This document shows, in pieces, positions 42,001 through 50,531 of a DNA stretch of 64,000 nucleotides (positions are counted from its first letter, which is position 1; each line of letters begins with the position of its first letter). The stretch covers positions 2,272,001 to 2,336,000 of the forward strand of contig OY969801.1 of assembly GCA_963703225.1 (NCBI GenBank). Direction: 5' to 3'. The notes beneath the pieces are model-generated. The model was not told the origin of the DNA. It saw only the letters and a list, made by a program, of their open reading frames with translations, and did no database searches. The stretch comes from Candidatus Eiseniibacteriota bacterium (GTDB taxonomy: Bacteria > Eisenbacteria > RBG-16-71-46 > SZUA-252). A program made the translations under genes and the position numbers.

Positions 42001-45000
42001 GCCGATTGCGTCGAGCACCGGCGCCTGGTTCGCGGCCGCCCCGACATCGATCGTGATGGCCTCGAAGGCGCTCAGCGCCGGGGTCCCGTTGTCGGTCACG
42101 CGCACCGTCACCGGGAAGGCCCCCGTGCGGCCGGGCGTCCAGCTGAACGCGCCCGTCGAGCCGTCGATCGTCGCCCCCGCCGGCGCGCCGGCGTCGAGCG
42201 AGAAGGTCAGCGTGTTCGCCGGAATGTCGGCATCGGTCGCCGTCGCCGTGAAGGTGACCGGCACCCCGACCGTGCCCGACTTGTTGCCGATCGCAGCCAA
42301 CACCGGCGCCACGTTCGCCTCATTCACCGTGATCGTGATCGCTTCGAAATCGTCCATGGCGGGTGTGCCATTGTCCGTCACGCGAACCGTGACCGGATAG
42401 CTCCCCGGGCCCTGCGCCTCGGTCGGCGTCCAGCTAAAGGCGCCCGTCGCCGCATTGATCGTCGAACCGGTGGGATTTCCCGCGTCCAATGAGAAGCTGA
42501 GCGTGTTGGCCGGGAGATCGGCGTCGGTGGCGGTCGCCGTGAACGTCAACGCGACCAGCTCGTCCACCGTCTTGTCGCCGATCGATGCCAGCTCGGGCGC
42601 GACGTTCACTTCATTCACCGTGACCGTGATCGTCTCGGAATCGCTCAATGGCGGGGTTCCGTCATCGGTAACGCGGACAGTGATCGGGTAGTCGCTTCCA
42701 CCCTGAGCCTCAGTGGGCTGCCACGTGAAGGCTCCTGTCGTCCCGACGATCGACGCACCCGTCGGCGCACCCGTATCGAGTGAGAATGCGAGGTTGTCGC
42801 CGGCGTCCGGATCGGTCGCCGTGGCCGTAAAGGTCAAGGTCGCCAGCTCGTTGACCGTCTTATCGCCGATCGCCCCGAGCACCGGCGCCTGATTCGGGGC
42901 CGCGCTGACGACGATCGAAATATCCTCGGATGCGGAGAGCGGCGGCGTGCCGTCGTCCGTGACCCGGACCGTCACCGGGAAGCTGCCGTTGGCGGTCGGC
43001 GTCCAGCTGAAGGCGCCCGTCGACGCGTTGATCGTCGCGCCCGTCGGAGCACCGGTGTCCAGAGAGAACGCCAGTGTGTTGGCCGGGATGTCGGCATCGG
43101 TCGCGGTCGCCGTGAAGGTCACGGGCACTCCCACCGTCCCTGCCTTGTCGCCGATTCCCACGAGAACCGGGGCCACGTTCACTTCATTCACCGTGATCGT
43201 GATGGCCGCGGTGCCGTCGAGGGGCGGCGTTCCGTTGTCGGTCGCGCGGAAGGTGATCGGGAACGTCCCCGGGCCCTGTGCCTCAGTCGGGATCCAACTG
43301 AAGACGCCTGTGCCAGCAGCTACCGTCCCGCTCGGAGTCCCCGCCTCCAGCGACCAGCTGAGCGTGTTCGTTGGAAGGTCAGGGTCGTTCGCGGTCACGG
43401 TAAAGACGAGCAGATCAAGCTCGTTCACGGTCTTGTTGCCCGGATTATTCACCACCGGCGCCACGTTCACCTCGTTGACCGTGACCGTGATCAGCTCGGA
43501 AGCGCTCATGGGCGGCGTCCCGTTATCCGTCACGCGAACCGTGATCGGGAAGCTGCCCGGACCCTGCGCCTCGGTCGGTGTCCAGCTGAAGGCCCCCGTC
43601 GACGCGTTGATCGTCGAGCCGGTGGGATTCCCCGCATCCAGCGAGAAGGTGACCGTGTTGGCCGGCACGTCCGCGTCGGTCGCCGTGGCGGTAAAGGCCA
43701 AAGTCGCCAGCTCGTTGACCGTCTTGTTGCCGATCGCGCCGAGCACCGGCGCCACGTTCACCTCGTTGACCGTGACCGTGATCAGCTCGGAAGCGCTCAT
43801 GGGCGGCGCCCCGTTGTCCGTCACGCGAACCGTGATCGGGAAGCTGCCCGGGCCCTGCGCCTCGGTCGGCGTCCAGGTGAAGGCCCCCGTCGACGCGTTG
43901 ATCGTCGAGCCGGTGGGATTCCCGGCGTCCAGCGAGAAGCTGAGCGTGTTGGCGGGGAGATCCGCATCGGTTGCCGTGGCCGTGAAGGTCAGCGCGCTGA
44001 GCTCGTTCACCGTCTTGTTGCCGATCGCGCCGAGCACCGGCGCCACGTTCACTTCGTTGACCGTGACCGTGATCAGCTCGGAAGCGCTCATGGGCGGCGT
44101 CCCGTTATCCGTCACGCGAACCGTGATCGGGAACGAACCCGGGCCGTCGGTCTCGATCGGCTGCCAGAGGAAGATTCCCGACGTCGCGTTGATCGTCGCG
44201 CCGGCGGGTGCCCCCGCGTCGAGAGAGAAGGCGAGCGTCTGGCTCGCGTCGGGATCGGTCGCGGTCGCCGTGAAGCTCAGGATCGAGTTCTCGTTGACCG
44301 TCTTGTTGCCGATCGCGTTGAGCGTCGGCGCCTGATTTGGCGCCGCGGAGACCGTGACGGTAATCGTCTCGGAGGCCGATAGCGGCGGAGCGCCGTTGTC
44401 GGTCACGCGGACCGTGATGGCATTGTTGCCCACTTGCCCTGTGGCGGGCGTCCAGGTGAACGCCCCGCTCCCGCCATTGATGCTCGCCCCGGTCGGCGCG
44501 CCAGTGTCGAGCGTAAAGGCCAGCGTGTTCGCCGGAATGTCGGCGTCGGTCGCGGTCGCGGTGAAGGTGAGCGCAACGCCCACGGTCGCCGCCTTGTTTC
44601 CGATCCCTCCCAAGACCGGCGCCACGTTGACCTCGTTCACGGTGATCGTGATCGCCGCCGTTCCAGCCAATGCCGGGGACCCGTTGTCGGTCGCGCGGAT
44701 CGTCACCGGGAAGGTGCCCGGACCCTGCGCTTCGGTCGGGGTCCAGCTGAAGGCGCCCGTGCCGGCGCCGATCGTCGCGCCGGCGGGCGCGCCCGCATCG
44801 AGCGACCAGGTGAAGGTGTTCGCCGGAAGATCGGCGTCGCCGGCCGTCGCCGTGAACGCCAAGGCCACCAATTCGTTCACCGTCCGGTTCCCGGGGCTGG
44901 TCACGACCGGCGCCACGTTCACCTCCGTGACCGTGATCGTGATGAGCTCCGAGTCATCGAGCGGCGAGGATCCGTTGTCGGTAACGCGAACCGTGATCGG

Positions 45001-46677
45001 GAAGCTACCCGGGCCCTGCGCTTCTGTCGGGGTCCAGCTGAAGGCACCGGTCGTCCCGTTGATCGTGGAGCCGGCGGGATTTCCAGGATCGAGTGAGAAG
45101 GTCAGCGTCTGGCCCGCGTTTGCATCCGTCGCGGTGGCCGTGAACGCCAGCGTCGCCAGCTCGGCGACCGTCTTGTTGCCGATCGCGCCCAGAATCGGCG
45201 CCACGTTCGCGGCCGCGTTCACCGTGATCGTGATCGCCTCGGAGGCGCTCATGGGCGGCGTCCCGTTGTCGGTCGCTCGGACCGTGACCGGGAATGCCCC
45301 CGTGGAGGGCGGCGTCCAGTTGAAGACGCCCGTCCCGGTCCCAATCGTCGCGCCGGCAGGAGCGCCGGCGTCGAGCGAGAAGGTCACCGCGTTCGCGGGG
45401 AGATCGGCGTCCGTCGCCGTCGCGGTGAAGGAGAGCAGCGTGGAAACCTGAACGGTCTTGTTCCCGATTGGTGCCAACACCGGCGCCACGTTCACCTCAT
45501 TGACGGTGATCGTGATGGCCGTGGTGCCACTCAGAGTCGGTGTTCCGTTGTCGGTCGCGCGGAACGTGACCGGGAACGTCCCCGGGCCCTGCGCTTCTGA
45601 CGGGATCCAGCTGAAGGCGCCCGTGCTGGGGGTGAGCGTCGCGCCGGTCGGAGCCGCCGGCTCCAGAGTCCAGGTCTGCGTGTTGGATGGAAGGTCGGGA
45701 TCGTTCGCGGTCACCGTGAAGACGAGCAGAGCAAGCTCGTTGACGGTCTTGCTGCCCGGGTTGTTCACCACCGGCGCCACGTTCACTTCGGTCACCGTGA
45801 TCGAGATCGACGTCTCATCGAATAGCGGCGGAATGGCGTCATCCGTGGCCCTGAAGGTAATCGGGAAGGTGCTTGGTCCTTGAGCTTCCGTCGGGGTCCA
45901 GGCAAAGGCGCCCGTCGAGCCGTTGATCGTCGCGCCGGCGGGGGCGCTGGCACCCATGGTGTAGGTCAGCGTCTGGCCGGCATCCGGATCGTTCGCCGTC
46001 ACCGTGAACGCCACAGGGGTAAGCTCGGCGACCGTCCTGTTGCCCGGATTGGTGATCGTCGGCGGGGTGTTGACCACGGAGCCCTGGGCCAGATCGAGGC
46101 CATCGACGTCGGTCCAGTCGGAACCGCCTTGGCCCCCAGACAACTTGTACGTGTTGTCAAAGTCGTTGCCCGAGCAGTTGGTGCCGAAGGACGTGAAGTT
46201 ACCGCTGAAGAAATCCGCGATGTCGATCCGCGGGGTTCCACTGACTCCCGTGATCGTGACTGTGAAGCACCGGTACGAACCCGGGGGCTGGATGTCTGCC
46301 TGCGCCCCGCCCTGCGCGTACAGGAAGTTAATACCGTCGGGATTGACATTGAGGAGAACATTGCCGAATTGAGTGATGTGGTTCGTTGGCGTCGCGTAGG
46401 TCACGGTGCCGTTCACCGCGCGCATAACCGTGGCGTACGAAACGATGCTCAACGGCCCGTCGCCCGTGTCGCACGCGGCGGTCGAGCCGTCGCGATTCTG
46501 GTTCGTCTTGAGGTAGACGTCCACCGTCGTGGGCGTACCGTTGGCATTCATGCGGTCGCTCGAGTCAGATACCCCGTCCCCGTTCGAATCGAGGTACATG
46601 TACTGCGCGGACGCTGGCGCCGCGGCAGCGAGGGTGAGAATGGCCGCCAACAATGCGAGACGGAGTACGGACCTCAT
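39091..46677 (-). CDS. Giant exported protein (~2,528 aa): signal peptide, unique head, 22 cadherin-like/He_PIG Ig repeats, C-terminal FlgD-Ig/T9SS-like sorting domain
   Basis: AGGAGG SD before ATG 46677; repeated NxAP...ATDxD...FSWTP...VTDNG units; tail PNPLNP...FDVQGRLVK...WDG...ATGVYF. Confidence 0.92.
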   Translation of the reverse strand: MRSVLRLALLAAILTLAAAAPASAQYMYLDSNGDGVSDSSDRMNANGTPTTVDVYLKTNQNRDGSTAACDTGDGPLSIVSYATVMRAVNGTVTYATPTNHITQFGNVLLNVNPDGINFLYAQGGAQADIQPPGSYRCFTVTITGVSGTPRIDIADFFSGNFTSFGTNCSGNDFDNTYKLSGGQGGSDWTDVDGLDLAQGSVVNTPPTITNPGNRTVAELTPVAFTVTANDPDAGQTLTYTMGASAPAGATINGSTGAFAWTPTEAQGPSTFPITFRATDDAIPPLFDETSISITVTEVNVAPVVNNPGSKTVNELALLVFTVTANDPDLPSNTQTWTLEPAAPTGATLTPSTGAFSWIPSEAQGPGTFPVTFRATDNGTPTLSGTTAITITVNEVNVAPVLAPIGNKTVQVSTLLSFTATATDADLPANAVTFSLDAGAPAGATIGTGTGVFNWTPPSTGAFPVTVRATDNGTPPMSASEAITITVNAAANVAPILGAIGNKTVAELATLAFTATATDANAGQTLTFSLDPGNPAGSTINGTTGAFSWTPTEAQGPGSFPITVRVTDNGSSPLDDSELITITVTEVNVAPVVTSPGNRTVNELVALAFTATAGDADLPANTFTWSLDAGAPAGATIGAGTGAFSWTPTEAQGPGTFPVTIRATDNGSPALAGTAAITITVNEVNVAPVLGGIGNKAATVGVALTFTATATDADIPANTLAFTLDTGAPTGASINGGSGAFTWTPATGQVGNNAITVRVTDNGAPPLSASETITVTVSAAPNQAPTLNAIGNKTVNENSILSFTATATDPDASQTLAFSLDAGAPAGATINATSGIFLWQPIETDGPGSFPITVRVTDNGTPPMSASELITVTVNEVNVAPVLGAIGNKTVNELSALTFTATATDADLPANTLSFSLDAGNPTGSTINASTGAFTWTPTEAQGPGSFPITVRVTDNGAPPMSASELITVTVNEVNVAPVLGAIGNKTVNELATLAFTATATDADVPANTVTFSLDAGNPTGSTINASTGAFSWTPTEAQGPGSFPITVRVTDNGTPPMSASELITVTVNEVNVAPVVNNPGNKTVNELDLLVFTVTANDPDLPTNTLSWSLEAGTPSGTVAAGTGVFSWIPTEAQGPGTFPITFRATDNGTPPLDGTAAITITVNEVNVAPVLVGIGDKAGTVGVPVTFTATATDADIPANTLAFSLDTGAPTGATINASTGAFSWTPTANGSFPVTVRVTDDGTPPLSASEDISIVVSAAPNQAPVLGAIGDKTVNELATLTFTATATDPDAGDNLAFSLDTGAPTGASIVGTTGAFTWQPTEAQGGSDYPITVRVTDDGTPPLSDSETITVTVNEVNVAPELASIGDKTVDELVALTFTATATDADLPANTLSFSLDAGNPTGSTINAATGAFSWTPTEAQGPGSYPVTVRVTDNGTPAMDDFEAITITVNEANVAPVLAAIGNKSGTVGVPVTFTATATDADIPANTLTFSLDAGAPAGATIDGSTGAFSWTPGRTGAFPVTVRVTDNGTPALSAFEAITIDVGAAANQAPVLDAIGNKTVAELSTLAFTATATDPDAGQTLAFTLDAPSPAGATIEASTGAFSWTPTEAQGPVAIPITVRVTDNGSPALSDFETIAVAVTEVNEAPVLAAIGDKAGTVGTPVAFTASATDPDLPANTLTFSLDAGNPAGSTINPTTGAFSWTPGATGGFPVTVRVTDDGTPALNDFEAITITVNAAAENHAPELAAIGDKTVDEGTLLAFTATATDPDGGDVLTFSLDPGAPTGASISSGGAFSWTPTEVQGPGSYPVTVRVTDNGSPAKDDFEAISITVNEVNLAPELTAIGNKSGTVGVAVTFTASATDADIPSNTLTFSLDTGAPADATIDPSTGEFSWTPGGAGSFAVRVRVTDNGIPVGEDFEELTITVNEVEVNDPPVLTEIGDKTVDEQTLLAFTATATDPDAGDVLAFSLDSGAPAGAAITSGGAFSWTPTEAQGPGSYPVTVRVTDNGTPAKDDFEAISITVNEVNLAPELAAIGNKSGTVGVAVAFMASATDADIPTNTLTFSLDSGAPASATIDGSTGAFSWTPAGAGSFAVTVRVTDNGVPAKDDFETITINVVEQSTNRPPVLNAIGDKTVNELNLLAFTASATDPDAGQTLAFTLDAGAPAGATINASTGAFRWTPSEDQGPGTYPIMVRVTDNGTPPLSHARTFQVRVREVNVAPVLAPIGNKTVKEGDLLTFTATATDADIPANTLTFSLGSGAPSGASIGSSSGVFTWTPPLAGSFPVKIRVRDNGSSVMEDFEVITITVVSDVLPANAFFFGINQITILGIKLGTCVQIEPVRGSYSNGDVDLNSIVMKYKDRQISAKCDGAELDGDKNRNGVREIQACFSNSDLQYLFSDLRRGISVVQVKIEGSLVSGTKFRDTVSHYVLVLGNSCLALKVSPNPLNPETVISFATTERGPVTVDVFDVQGRLVKQLQNGTMEAGLNSIRWDGSTRNGNRVATGVYFVNVKSKTGEETIRVTVLK
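39738..46071 (-). repeat. 22 tandem intragenic repeats of ~285-291 bp
   Basis: Counted 22 NxA/PP-initiated units; near-identical DNA at a 291-bp period (43501/43792/44083) and a 573-bp period (40538/41111). Confidence 0.92.
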
Positions 46678-46947
46678 GAGTAGCCTCCTTGACGTGGGCA
46701 AGCAAGGTGCCAGGCACGCAGCAACAGACGCACGACGTTGTGACAGCGGACGCTACCCCCACCGCGCGCGGGATCGCGCGGCCCTCTACGACACGGCCCG
46801 GGAACGGACCGTTGGAAATGGACTCGAGAAACGCTCAGTCGATGGCGCTCTGGAAGGCCCGGCGATACTCAGCCGGAGGAGAGGGGGGTTCTCGCAGGTC
46901 CTTCGCGCCAGGGCTGTGGTCGAGCCAAATCCCCTAAATGCCGTGGT

Positions 46948-46976
46948 ATCCTAGCACTTCCCGGGTTGAAAGTCAA
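46948..46976 (-). promoter_or_regulatory. Putative sigma70 promoter for the giant adhesin, giving a ~265-nt leader
   Basis: TTGACT-N17-TAGGAT; the -35 overlaps the stop of the leuB-like gene. Confidence 0.55.
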
Positions 46977-48046
46977 GAGGGGACGGAGCCTTTGACCCCG
47001 TCCCGCACCAAACTTCCCTGCTCTTTTGTACCGACGCCGCTGTCCGTGCCCGTCGAGCGGAGCCTTCCGGAGGAAAAGAGCTCCCCGACCGCTGACCCGA
47101 TCAGACCACCCGCCTCCGACTCCCCCAGGTGTTCCAGGAGCATCTGGGCTGCAAGGATCGCGCCGATCGGAGAGGCGACGTTCTTGCCCGCGTGTTTGGG
47201 AGCGGAACCGTGGATTGGCTCGAACATCGAGACCCGACCCGGATGGATGTTACCCGATGCGGCTACGCCCATTCCGCCTTGGATCGCCGCGCCCAGATCG
47301 GTGAGGATGTCACCGAACATGTTCGAAATGACCACCGTGTCGAACGCCTCGGGGTTCTTGACCATCCACATGCAAGCTGCATCGATGTATGCATGGTCCC
47401 GCTCGATGTCCGGATAGTCCTTCCCCACTTCCTCGAACGCCCGCGTCCAGAGATCCATCGCGCCCACCGCGTTCGCCTTGTCGACCATGGTGAGCTTCTT
47501 CGAGCGCGCGCGGCGGCGGCAGAGATCAAAGGCGTAGCGGAGAATCCGCTCGACGCCCTTTCGTGTGAAGATCATCTCTTGCACCGCCACCTCGTCCGGC
47601 GTTCCCTTCTTGAGGAATCCACCGATCCCCGCGTAGACGTCCTCCGTATTTTCGCGGACCACGATCATGTCGATGTCTTCAGGCCGCTTGTTCTTGAGGG
47701 GGCACATGTGCTCGGCGTAGAGCTTGATCGGGCGGAGATTGACATAGAGGTCGAGCCCGAATCGGATTCCCGAAATGATCGCGCGCTCGAGCGTGCCCAC
47801 GGGGATCCGCGGATCGCCGATCGCCCCGAGCAGGATCGCGTCGTGGCCGCGCATCTCCTCGAGCGCCGCGGGGGGGAGGGTTTCCTTGGTCTTGAAGTAG
47901 TGATCGGCGCCGAAGGGATAGTTCGTGAAATCGAGCGAGAAGCCCCGGACCTCGGCGGCGAGGCGAAGCGTCTCGACCGCCTCGCGCGTGACCTCGGGGC
48001 CGATGCCGTCGCCCGGGAGGACCGCGATCCGGTAGCGCTTAGCCAC
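46973..48046 (-). CDS. leuB: 3-isopropylmalate dehydrogenase-like (isocitrate/IPM dehydrogenase family)
   Basis: IAVLPGDGIGPEV, LYVNLRP, VRENTE, KAN, NMFGDILTD, FEPIHGSAP; GTG at 48046. Confidence 0.82.
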   Translation of the reverse strand: MAKRYRIAVLPGDGIGPEVTREAVETLRLAAEVRGFSLDFTNYPFGADHYFKTKETLPPAALEEMRGHDAILLGAIGDPRIPVGTLERAIISGIRFGLDLYVNLRPIKLYAEHMCPLKNKRPEDIDMIVVRENTEDVYAGIGGFLKKGTPDEVAVQEMIFTRKGVERILRYAFDLCRRRARSKKLTMVDKANAVGAMDLWTRAFEEVGKDYPDIERDHAYIDAACMWMVKNPEAFDTVVISNMFGDILTDLGAAIQGGMGVAASGNIHPGRVSMFEPIHGSAPKHAGKNVASPIGAILAAQMLLEHLGESEAGGLIGSAVGELFSSGRLRSTGTDSGVGTKEQGSLVRDGVKGSVPS

Positions 48047-49304
48047 GCGCGCCCGCTTTGCCGGCGGCTTGTTTGAACTCGAGCACCACCGCCTCGAGCT
48101 CGGCATCTTCGAACACGGTCTCGCGCTGCTTGGCCAACCGGAAGACGTGCTCGACCAGCGGGCGGCCCGCGTCGTGGCCGTGCTCCGCCAGCCAATAGAC
48201 CACGTTCGACTCACCGCACATGGGACCGACGTTGATCTCCTGTTTCAGGCCCAGCATCCCCGCCGGGACGCTCGAGTAGACGCGATCGGCGAGCCACGCG
48301 TCCCCCTTCTTCTTCGCCTTGATGACCGCCGCGGCGTGAACCCCGGTCGCGGTCCGGAAGGCATCGCGGCCGAGCGCCGGGTAATTGTACGGGATCGGAA
48401 CGCGGCACGATTGCGACACGAGCGCGCAGTACTCCGGGAGCGCCGTCAAGTCGCAGTCGAGCCATTCGAGGAGCTTCAGGTTGATGAGGATCAAATCGAG
48501 CGGAGCGTTACCGACCCGCTCCCCCACTCCGAGGATCGTGCCGTGGACGCGATCGGCGCCGGCCATGAGCGCTGCGAGCGCGTTCGCGACGCCGAGGTCG
48601 CGGTCGCGGTGGCCGTGCCAGTCGACGCCGACCTTCTCGCCGGTCGCGTCCACGGTCGCGCGAATGAATCGGATGACCCGGGCGGCGCCCTCCGGCGTGG
48701 CGTGACCCACCGTGTCGGAGACGCAGACACGCCGCGCGCCGTATTCCACCGCGGTGGTGTAGAGGCGGCGCAGGATCTCGGGGCGCGCCCGCGTCGTGTC
48801 CTCGGTCACGTACATGACCGGAACGCCGTTTCGGGTGGAGTACTCCACCGCTTCCTCCGTATGGCGGAGAAGCCGGTCGAGATCCCAGTCTTCGGCGTAT
48901 TGTCGAATCGGACTCGACCCGATGAAGGTGGCCGCCTCGATGCGCAGACCGGTCTTCTGGGAGATCTCGATGATGGGGTCGATGTCGTTCTTGTGGGTGC
49001 GCGCGGCGCAGTAGGGCTCGATCGCGAGCTTGGCGCGCGCGATCTCCTGGGCCAGCGCGAGGGTCGACTCCTTGGCGCGCGGACCGGCGCCCGGGAGACC
49101 GATGTCGTTCCCGTGGACCCCCAGGCGCGCCTGGAGGTGGAGCGCGCTGATCTTGTCCTGAATGGGAGGGTCGGTGACGGAGGGAGATTGGAGCCCGTCC
49201 CTCAGGGTCTCGTCCACGACTTGGACACGGCGAGGCGGCCGCGGCGGCGGCTCGTCGCCGACGTTCCAGTCGTAGATGAGGTCCTTCTCCGAGGGTTGGC
49301 TCAC
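48039..49304 (-). CDS. LeuA-family DRE-TIM acyltransferase (isopropylmalate/homocitrate/citramalate synthase-like) lacking the C-terminal regulatory domain
   Basis: DETLRDGLQ, SDTVG, HGH, GERVGN; only 421 aa. Confidence 0.85.
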   Translation of the reverse strand: MSQPSEKDLIYDWNVGDEPPPRPPRRVQVVDETLRDGLQSPSVTDPPIQDKISALHLQARLGVHGNDIGLPGAGPRAKESTLALAQEIARAKLAIEPYCAARTHKNDIDPIIEISQKTGLRIEAATFIGSSPIRQYAEDWDLDRLLRHTEEAVEYSTRNGVPVMYVTEDTTRARPEILRRLYTTAVEYGARRVCVSDTVGHATPEGAARVIRFIRATVDATGEKVGVDWHGHRDRDLGVANALAALMAGADRVHGTILGVGERVGNAPLDLILINLKLLEWLDCDLTALPEYCALVSQSCRVPIPYNYPALGRDAFRTATGVHAAAVIKAKKKGDAWLADRVYSSVPAGMLGLKQEINVGPMCGESNVVYWLAEHGHDAGRPLVEHVFRLAKQRETVFEDAELEAVVLEFKQAAGKAGARG

Positions 49305-50515
49305 ACGAGCGCTTCCACCACCATCGAGATCCCCTGGCCGCCGCCGATGCAGGCCGCGGCGACGCCCCAGCGCTTCTTCCTCCGGCGCAGCTCCAACAGA
49401 AGCGTCAGGACGAGACGCGTGCCGGTCGCGGCGAGCGGATGCCCCAACGCGATCGCGCCGCCGTTCACGTTGGTCTTCTCGCGGGGATTGCCCAGCTCCT
49501 TCTCGACCGCCAGGTACTGCCCCGCGAACGCTTCATTGATCTCGAAGAGGTCAACGTCGTCGACGGTCATCCCCACCTGCTTCAGGGCGGCCCGCGTGGC
49601 GGGCACCGGCCCGATTCCCATCGTGGCGGGGTCAACCCCCGTCACCGCCCACGACGCGACCCGGCCGATGGGCTTGAGATCGCGCTTCTCGGCGTGGCGG
49701 GCCGTGGTGACGACCACCGCCGCCGCGCCGTCGACGATCCCGCTCGCGTTCCCCGCCGTCACGAAGCTCTCCTTCCCGAAGGCCGGCTGGAGCTTGGCGA
49801 GTCCTTCCAGGGTCGCGCCCTCGAAGCAGTGATCATCCTTCTCGACCACCTTGGCCTCGCGCCCGGGTAGCGTCACCTTCACGATCTCCTCGCTCAGGAG
49901 GCAGGAGTCGATGGCGCGGCGCCCCTCGGTGATGCTCCGAAACGCGAACGCGTCCTGCTCTTCACGGGAAATCTTGTAGCGCCTCGCCAGATTGTCGGAT
50001 GTCTCCGCCATGAAGAAGCCGCAGTAGGAATCCTTGAGCGCCGTGAGGAGCGAGTCCTCCAGCGCTCCTTGGCCCAGCCGGAGCCCGCTCCGCGCGCCGC
50101 GCACGACGAACGGCGCTTGGCTCAGGTTCTCGATTCCGCCGGCGAGGACGAAGTTCGACTCGCCGAGCTGGAGGAGCTGGGCCGCGTTGATGATCGACTG
50201 GATGCCGGAGCCGCAGAGCCGGTTCACCGTGAGCGCGGGCACGGGAACCGGCACCCCGGCTTTGAGCGCCACGTGGCGCGCACCGTAGATCGCGTCGCCG
50301 CTCGTCTGCAGCGCGTTCCCGAAAATGACGTGGTCGAGAATGTCGGGCGGGACGTTCGAGCGCTCGAGCGCGGCCTTGGCCGCCACCACGCCGAGATCGA
50401 TCGCCGAGACGTCCTTCAACGCGCCTCCCGGCTTGCCGTTTCCGGCGCGGCCGCCCACCCATTCGGTCATGGGGGTTCTGGCGCCGTTCAAGATGACGAC
50501 TTCTTCGCGTGCCAT
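49301..50515 (-). CDS. Acetyl-CoA C-acyltransferase (thiolase)
   Basis: NRLCGSG, NEAFA, GGAIALGHP, CIGGGQG; ATG at 50515. Confidence 0.93.
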   Translation of the reverse strand: MAREEVVILNGARTPMTEWVGGRAGNGKPGGALKDVSAIDLGVVAAKAALERSNVPPDILDHVIFGNALQTSGDAIYGARHVALKAGVPVPVPALTVNRLCGSGIQSIINAAQLLQLGESNFVLAGGIENLSQAPFVVRGARSGLRLGQGALEDSLLTALKDSYCGFFMAETSDNLARRYKISREEQDAFAFRSITEGRRAIDSCLLSEEIVKVTLPGREAKVVEKDDHCFEGATLEGLAKLQPAFGKESFVTAGNASGIVDGAAAVVVTTARHAEKRDLKPIGRVASWAVTGVDPATMGIGPVPATRAALKQVGMTVDDVDLFEINEAFAGQYLAVEKELGNPREKTNVNGGAIALGHPLAATGTRLVLTLLLELRRRKKRWGVAAACIGGGQGISMVVEALV

Positions 50516-50531
50516 CGGGGTCCCTGCCTTC

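Noticed and set aside
39738..46071. Repeat array as a CRISPR array or DGR template/variable repeat
   Set aside because: Units are ~290 bp, in frame and protein-coding, with no spacers, cas genes, reverse transcriptase or adenine-specific variation.
39398..46683. Long plus-strand ORFs antisense to the adhesin
   Set aside because: Shadow ORFs produced by GC-rich codon bias and the repeat structure; no start signals or protein motifs.
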